A stretch of DNA of 64,000 nucleotides, taken from positions 7,153-71,152 of the forward strand of contig JAHDEI010000002.1 of the NCBI GenBank assembly GCA_020628915.1, read 5' to 3'. The notes beneath the pieces were generated by a model. It was not told where the DNA came from. It was given only the letters and a program-made list of their open reading frames with translations, and searched no databases. The translations under genes were made by a program, and so were the position numbers. The number at the start of each line of letters is the position of its first letter. Position 1 is the first letter of the stretch. Source of the stretch: Minisyncoccota bacterium (GTDB lineage: Bacteria > Patescibacteriota > Minisyncoccia > Phycocordibacterales > GCA-2747955). Positions 58,960 through 64,000 of this stretch are shown one piece after another.

Positions 58960-59718
58960 CTATTTGATTTGTACCTTTTTGTTTATTTGCCTTTGGAGTT
59001 TCCTTGTCCTCTTAATTATTTGCCGCACATTCTCTGTTCCCATATCTACCCTGTACCTCTCCTTAAACACTCGTGCAGTAGCCTGTTCAATATAGATGTC
59101 AATATCTTCCTTGAACCCTTCTTTATCTTGTAACACCTCATCGTGAGTCTTTAAGAGATACCTATCACGCTGTAAATTCTTCTTTGGAGCTTTTTTTCTA
59201 TTGGTAAGTTTGATTATATTTTTTCCGTAATCAGTATACTCCTGGAGCGTAACCCCTTGTTTGAGGTAGACATGAATGTCTCCACCATCTTTTACCTGAT
59301 GAGATATAAACGAATCGAGCCGCTCTGGGACTTCTAAGATAAGTCCCTCCGTCAGAAAAAAGTAGATGCCTGCTCCAAATTTCAAGAAGAACGTTTGTAT
59401 GTACTCTCGAAAACTAGATATCTGTTCTCCTGAATACTCATGAACAAAATATTCACTTTGAAAAACTTCATCTGCCAATGTTTGAAGGACACCAATCGAT
59501 GCTGTCTCGAGCTCTATTTTGTCACCACTCTTCTTAATTAAACGAGCACATTCAAAGAAAAAGTCCTCCAGCGCTTCTTCTAAGCCATCTTTATATAGTA
59601 AGAGGCTTACAATTTCTGCCTTCTCGTGATCTCCTTCCTCAGCATAGGCATTCAAACTCTTCCTTAAGTAACCACGAAAATGTCTTTTATTTACTTGAAC
59701 GGGCTTAGTATTACTCAT
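58960..59718 (-). CDS. hypothetical island protein, possible C-terminal HTH
   Basis: 252-aa ORF; C-terminal ..ATARVFKERY.VDMGTENVRQIIKR. Confidence 0.65.
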   Translation of the reverse strand: MSNTKPVQVNKRHFRGYLRKSLNAYAEEGDHEKAEIVSLLLYKDGLEEALEDFFFECARLIKKSGDKIELETASIGVLQTLADEVFQSEYFVHEYSGEQISSFREYIQTFFLKFGAGIYFFLTEGLILEVPERLDSFISHQVKDGGDIHVYLKQGVTLQEYTDYGKNIIKLTNRKKAPKKNLQRDRYLLKTHDEVLQDKEGFKEDIDIYIEQATARVFKERYRVDMGTENVRQIIKRTRKLQRQINKKVQIK

Positions 59719-59739
59719 GTGTAAAGAATAGCACGTGAA

Positions 59740-60102
59740 CTATATACCCCCCATTAATGCATTTAGTGTTTTATGTTGTTGAGTGTTCACTTGAGAATTT
59801 TCCGAGATTATAACTTCTTGAATCTCAATTTTCCTATTCATCTGCTCAAGTAATCCTGTAATTATTGCTATCTGCTCTGCATGCTTTTTTACTTCATCAT
59901 TCAATCCAGCTATCCCTCCTTCCAATGCTGCTCCTTCACTGTCGTATCCCACATTCAATACAATGTCTAAAACATCCTTCTCTAAAGTATTATTCCTAGA
60001 AAGTAATTCTGTAATAACTTGTGATTGGTACCACGAAAAGAAACTTAATATTCCCAATATTATTATGATAGCAATCCAGCTAATCCTATATACATATTTC
60101 AT
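59740..60102 (-). CDS. TM-anchored coiled-coil protein
   Basis: N-terminal TM, heptad pattern. Confidence 0.6.
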   Translation of the reverse strand: MKYVYRISWIAIIIILGILSFFSWYQSQVITELLSRNNTLEKDVLDIVLNVGYDSEGAALEGGIAGLNDEVKKHAEQIAIITGLLEQMNRKIEIQEVIISENSQVNTQQHKTLNALMGGI

Positions 60103-60377
60103 ATATCTACTCTTATTCTTGTAATTTTAGGCAGACAAAAAGCCCACCACCAAGGAGATCCGAAGATCTTATGCGCAGTTTCCCTTGCATAACCATAACA
60201 GCAGGCCCATTGATGATGGGTTTTTTATGCTGTTATGGTTTTAATGCTTCACCATACCTCAGAGAGGGTTAGGTATTGCAAGTATTATTGTATCAAAAAA
60301 TACCGTATATTCGTTTGTAAGTGCTATTTCCCCTATATATACCCCCTCAACTTGATTTATTTATCAAGATATCAAGA

Positions 60378-61046
60378 TTAAAAATAATAATTCTCTACAA
60401 ATGTCTTTATTTTTGAGTCATCTTCTTGATTAAAAAATGAGTCTACACTAATGTCTTTGTACAGATCACCTTCGTCTAAGAACATAACTCTATCTGCCCC
60501 CCTTTCAGCAAAACCGAGTTCATGCGTTGCAAAAATAACTTGATAATCCTCTTCCTTTAATTTCTGAACCATCTCAAGAATATTCTTGGTAGCTTCAGGG
60601 TCAAGCGCAGATGTCACCTCATCCAACAAGAAAACTCGTGCGTTAATCATTAGGGCCCTGATTAGAGCAGTACGCTGTCTTTGACCTCCGGATAACTCGT
60701 TTGGGTACTTATTTCTGTGCTCATAAAGTTCAAACTCTTTAAGATATGTAACCGCTGTCTCCTTGTAGCTTTTCTCCCCTCTTAGCTTTGGAAGCAAAGT
60801 AATATTTTCTATTAGTGTTAGATGAGGAAATAAAGTGTAGTCTTGCGAAACATATGCGATCTTTCCATCAAAATTGATTTCTCCGGCATCTTTCTGTTCC
60901 AAGCCAGCTAAGAGTCTCAATAGCGTACTCTTACCTGAGCCACTTTTACCAACAAGTGCTATCGCCTCTCCGGGTGATACAGAAAAGCTTATATCTTTAA
61001 CAGAAAATCCTTCATATGATTTTGTAAGATTTGTAATTTTAGACAT
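60378..61046 (-). CDS. polar amino acid ABC transporter ATP-binding protein
   Basis: GKSGSGKST, LSGGQRQR, LLDEVTSALDPE, THE. Confidence 0.92.
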   Translation of the reverse strand: MSKITNLTKSYEGFSVKDISFSVSPGEAIALVGKSGSGKSTLLRLLAGLEQKDAGEINFDGKIAYVSQDYTLFPHLTLIENITLLPKLRGEKSYKETAVTYLKEFELYEHRNKYPNELSGGQRQRTALIRALMINARVFLLDEVTSALDPEATKNILEMVQKLKEEDYQVIFATHELGFAERGADRVMFLDEGDLYKDISVDSFFNQEDDSKIKTFVENYYF

Positions 61047-61689
61047 ACTCGACTTTATTATATTTCTTAAAATATGTCACAAAAAGATGAAGTGGTGCAA
61101 GAATTACTACAAAAAACAATATTAACAAGGTGTAGATAGGTACTGGATCATATATCAACGAGTTCACATTCTGGGCAACTCTAAATATCTCGGGTACTGC
61201 GATCAAAGACGCAAATAATGTGTATTCAAGCATTGTGGCTTGCAACAACATTACCTCAGGAAATGATCTCTTGAAGACAAGTGGTATCTCAATATTTCTC
61301 ACTATTTCTCCTTGTGTCATTCCAAGTGAGCTAGCTGACTCAATATATTTTTTAGGTAGTAGTTTGATCTCAGAAAATATCAAGTACGCAACGGAAATTA
61401 AATTAACGAGTCCAAATACCGCAACTGCTGTCCAGAATGGATCAACAACTACTCCCAACAATACTTGTAGTGGGTAGTGAAACCAAAATAGTATCACCAA
61501 AACTGGTATCACTTTTGAAAGAAACTTGAGTGAAGTTACAATATCACCAAATAACTCAATCTTTGAAGACAAAGCGCCTAAAAGAGTCCCTCCAGCCAAT
61601 CCAATTATCACAATCAATACAAAAAGCTTTACTGTTGTAATAAATCCACTTAAGAACAATGCTTGATGATTGATGAGAATGTCGATCAT
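61039..61689 (-). CDS. polar amino acid ABC transporter permease
   Basis: Multi-TM, G..TT.KL, P.LV.LF, ESASSLGM (EAA loop). Confidence 0.88.
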   Translation of the reverse strand: MIDILINHQALFLSGFITTVKLFVLIVIIGLAGGTLLGALSSKIELFGDIVTSLKFLSKVIPVLVILFWFHYPLQVLLGVVVDPFWTAVAVFGLVNLISVAYLIFSEIKLLPKKYIESASSLGMTQGEIVRNIEIPLVFKRSFPEVMLLQATMLEYTLFASLIAVPEIFRVAQNVNSLIYDPVPIYTLLILFFVVILAPLHLFVTYFKKYNKVEYV

Positions 61690-61695
61690 GTTTGA

Positions 61696-62550
61696 TTATT
61701 CGTATGTCTTCTTCTCCAGCAAGAAACTATCTCTAATGTCGTACTTATTAAGCAGTTCTTCAACTTTACCTTCATTGGCAAGTTCTTGTAGTGCAACGTT
61801 CCACATTCTCAACATGGCATCTTCCCCTCTAGGAAATACGTAGGAGTTCCCAAAAGTACGTACGAGTTCGTCTGATGCTTGCTTAATTGAACCTGGATTA
61901 CTCTCTAAGAAGTTATTAGCAACTGTTGGATCTACGAAAGTAATGTCAGCTTTTCCAGTTGTAATATTTAAAAGTATTTCTGATACAGAAGAGAGTGCAG
62001 GAAGCTCCACAACAGGAGCATTAGGATACGACTCTTTAGCAATAAATGAAGACATTTCTCCATCTAGAGTGCTGAGTTTGTATTCTCCAGAGGTTAGTAC
62101 ATCTAAGCCGTTATCAAACCGGTCATCGTCAGCTCGTGAGTACGCATAAACAGTACTGTACATAACAGGCTCAGAGAAGTATGCATTCCGTGCTCGTGAT
62201 GAGTTTGGCCACATCAAAACTCCCATCATGTCATATCTACCTACTTTTAAGTCTTCAGTTGCTGTTCCCCAAGCTGACTCTCCAGCCCAATTAATCTTAA
62301 TATTTAATCTTTCAGCGATTAATTCTGCCAGCTCATAAGAAAACCCAGACAAATCTCCTGTTTCAGGATCTTGGATAATATATGGATCATACACAATATA
62401 ACCCGCATTAATCTCTCCTTTTGATAAAACCTTCTCAACTAAATCTTGTTCATAAGATACTGACTTATCTTCATTGTTAAATGATAGTAATGCGAAGATT
62501 AAAGCCAATATTGCGATGATCCCGACCCCGTATTTTTGTACTTTTTCCAT
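61696..62550 (-). CDS. polar amino acid ABC transporter substrate-binding protein (SBP_bac_3)
   Basis: TM/signal anchor, Y.PY....G..SGF..EL, W......L..GRYD, R....FS.P. Confidence 0.88.
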   Translation of the reverse strand: MEKVQKYGVGIIAILALIFALLSFNNEDKSVSYEQDLVEKVLSKGEINAGYIVYDPYIIQDPETGDLSGFSYELAELIAERLNIKINWAGESAWGTATEDLKVGRYDMMGVLMWPNSSRARNAYFSEPVMYSTVYAYSRADDDRFDNGLDVLTSGEYKLSTLDGEMSSFIAKESYPNAPVVELPALSSVSEILLNITTGKADITFVDPTVANNFLESNPGSIKQASDELVRTFGNSYVFPRGEDAMLRMWNVALQELANEGKVEELLNKYDIRDSFLLEKKTYE

Positions 62551-62576
62551 AAAATAATTTTATCACAGTCGATAAC

Positions 62577-63251
62577 TTATTTATAAGCAACCAAAACAGC
62601 ATCTCTCTCAACTCGATCAGCGATCTCTACCCTAGAAAATCCAATCTCTTTTAGCTGTTTTGTTATTTCGTCTTCATCAATTCTATACAGATCTGTCGTA
62701 TCTTGTATTTCATGAGCAATCATCTCTTCTCGTGCTTTATCTGAAGTCATATAACGATAACGTTTATTTTGGTGATCGAGCATCTTTTCTAAGTCTGCAT
62801 TCTCAGGATAAATCTTCTCGGCTATTACCAACATTCCATCATCTGTGAGATTTTGATAAGCAAGTTTTAATAACTCGAGTCGCTCGCTATTTGGGAAATT
62901 GTGTATTGTCCAACAAGAAAAGATAGTATCGTATGGATCTGCAATCTTTAAGTACTCATATGCGTCTTCACATACAAAACTTGTCCGATCTTGGTAGGTT
63001 GTCAGCTTTTCTTTTGCTGTCTCGATCATGGTTGGAGAAACATCTAACAAATCAAGATTAGCTCCTGTGCGCTCAAGTACTGGAACAGTTGAATCTCCTT
63101 GGCCACACCCTATCTCTAAAACTCGGTCTCCATCTTTATATTTCTTCGCTATCTCAAATGCTGTTACATAAAAAAGGATAGGATTATACGGATTTAAATC
63201 AATAATCTCTTCGTTGTACTTCTCTAGTAAGTTATCATATCTGTTCTTCAT
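62577..63251 (-). CDS. class I SAM-dependent methyltransferase
   Basis: VLEIGCGQG, LDVSPTM, EDA, YD.IFS...IHN, L..DG.L. Confidence 0.88.
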   Translation of the reverse strand: MKNRYDNLLEKYNEEIIDLNPYNPILFYVTAFEIAKKYKDGDRVLEIGCGQGDSTVPVLERTGANLDLLDVSPTMIETAKEKLTTYQDRTSFVCEDAYEYLKIADPYDTIFSCWTIHNFPNSERLELLKLAYQNLTDDGMLVIAEKIYPENADLEKMLDHQNKRYRYMTSDKAREEMIAHEIQDTTDLYRIDEDEITKQLKEIGFSRVEIADRVERDAVLVAYK

Positions 63252-63425
63252 AATCTTATTATATATTAGATTATCTTCTTGTGCCCCCTATTGGATACTG
63301 TATTTGTTTAAGAATATAGTCTATACAGGTTTTAAGTTCCTATTTTTTGGCAAGTTAATCCACGTATACCACTGCCACACAAAGGTTTTTACTTGTTCCG
63401 ATGTATCAGGCGTAATTTCCACATA

Positions 63426-63458
63426 AAAACAACGCGGCCTTTCGGCCGCGTTGTTTTT
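63426..63458. terminator. bidirectional terminator, likely native tmRNA terminator before island insertion
   Basis: aaaacaacgcggcc-tttc-ggccgcgttgtttt immediately after the right att core. Confidence 0.75.
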
Positions 63459-63465
63459 TGAAACC

Positions 63466-64000
63466 CTACAGAAAAAAATATACTCCTATACCCACCAAAC
63501 AAATAATGACAACCATCCACGCAAATGATCTCAGTACATCTTTACGAGCAAGTAATGCAATATAACCAACTTTCACAAAGGTATTAATAACAATAGACAA
63601 CGTCACAGCCAACGTAGTAATTCCTTGAGAAATCTCCCCCACCTTATGAGCCTGTAACGCAGAAAGAATTGACGCGTCTACATCCACAAACGATGACAGC
63701 AAAGCAATAGCGAGCACTCCATAGTCTCCAAAATAATCTTTTGCGAATGAGACTGCCAGCAAAACAACCACAAACAATGCCCCGAACTTTAATGCAGGCA
63801 TGATTTCAAAAGGGCTACTGATTTCTGGATCAAGTTCAACAATATTAGACATGTCCCGACCCTTCCACATCGACCACCCAACAAGTAATACCGTCACGGT
63901 AAGCATAGAAACAGGAACAAAAATAACTGATTTTACTTCGGCTCCGGCAACAACCCCAATTTCAAAAATGACTCTTAGTAGCATTGTTCCAATTGCAATA
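63466..64000 (-). CDS. DUF4010 (MgtC/SapB-associated) membrane protein, 5' part outside window
   Basis: PF.I.PALKFGALF, SFVDVDA, INTFVK motifs. Confidence 0.75.
   Translation of the reverse strand, partial: IAIGTMLLRVIFEIGVVAGAEVKSVIFVPVSMLTVTVLLVGWSMWKGRDMSNIVELDPEISSPFEIMPALKFGALFVVVLLAVSFAKDYFGDYGVLAIALLSSFVDVDASILSALQAHKVGEISQGITTLAVTLSIVINTFVKVGYIALLARKDVLRSFAWMVVIICLVGIGVYFFL

Larger units (their letters stand above)
57084..63424. mobile_element. ~6.3 kb genomic island integrated at tmRNA 3' end; att core TCCACAT at 57084-57090 and 63418-63424
   Basis: Integrase overlaps tmRNA end; core repeat; terminator displaced to 63426-63458; AT-richer cargo. Confidence 0.75.

Noticed and set aside
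63214-63426. 70-aa plus-strand ORF in the track
   Set aside because: No RBS or motif; the minus strand is better explained as the attP-state tail of the integrase.
1-64000. Alternative genetic code 25 (Gracilibacteria/Absconditabacteria)
   Set aside because: Core genes are full length under code 11, and TGA acts as a stop, e.g. the pgeF/truB ATGA overlap.

Overview
64 kb of a bacterial chromosome that looks like Patescibacteria/CPR, probably Parcubacteria. This placement is inferred from the minimal gene content, short PheS/PheT/S1/Rel, IleRS with an inserted His-phosphatase domain and SD-less core genes; code 11. Core genes (pnp, Cbf5-like truB, rplB-W-D-C-rpsJ-tuf, recO, ileS, argS, glyA, folA-folD fusion, thyA, dut, tmk, lepA, gyrA, rpsA, ndk, pheST, rel, ftsH, smpB, cfa, tmRNA) are interleaved with about 25 orphan genes. 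Most orphans have an AGGAG RBS and many their own TTGAC-/TATAAT promoter and hairpin terminator, while core genes use extended -10 promoters with short SD-less leaders. The strongest finding is a ~6.3 kb island (57084-63424) integrated at the tmRNA 3' end by a large serine recombinase. Its att core (TCCACAT) lies inside the recombinase ORF, so excision would swap the C-terminal tail in frame (20 aa read from antisense tmRNA replaced by 31 aa from the far island end). Also noted: a leaderless-peptide attenuator upstream of an AstE/AspA-family gene, a 6S-like RNA, other structured leaders, two paralogous lytic-transglycosylase-like exported proteins, micro-protein operons, and genes flanked by exact duplicated terminators. 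No tRNA, rRNA or CRISPR was seen. All family calls come from recognising motifs by eye, not from database searches.
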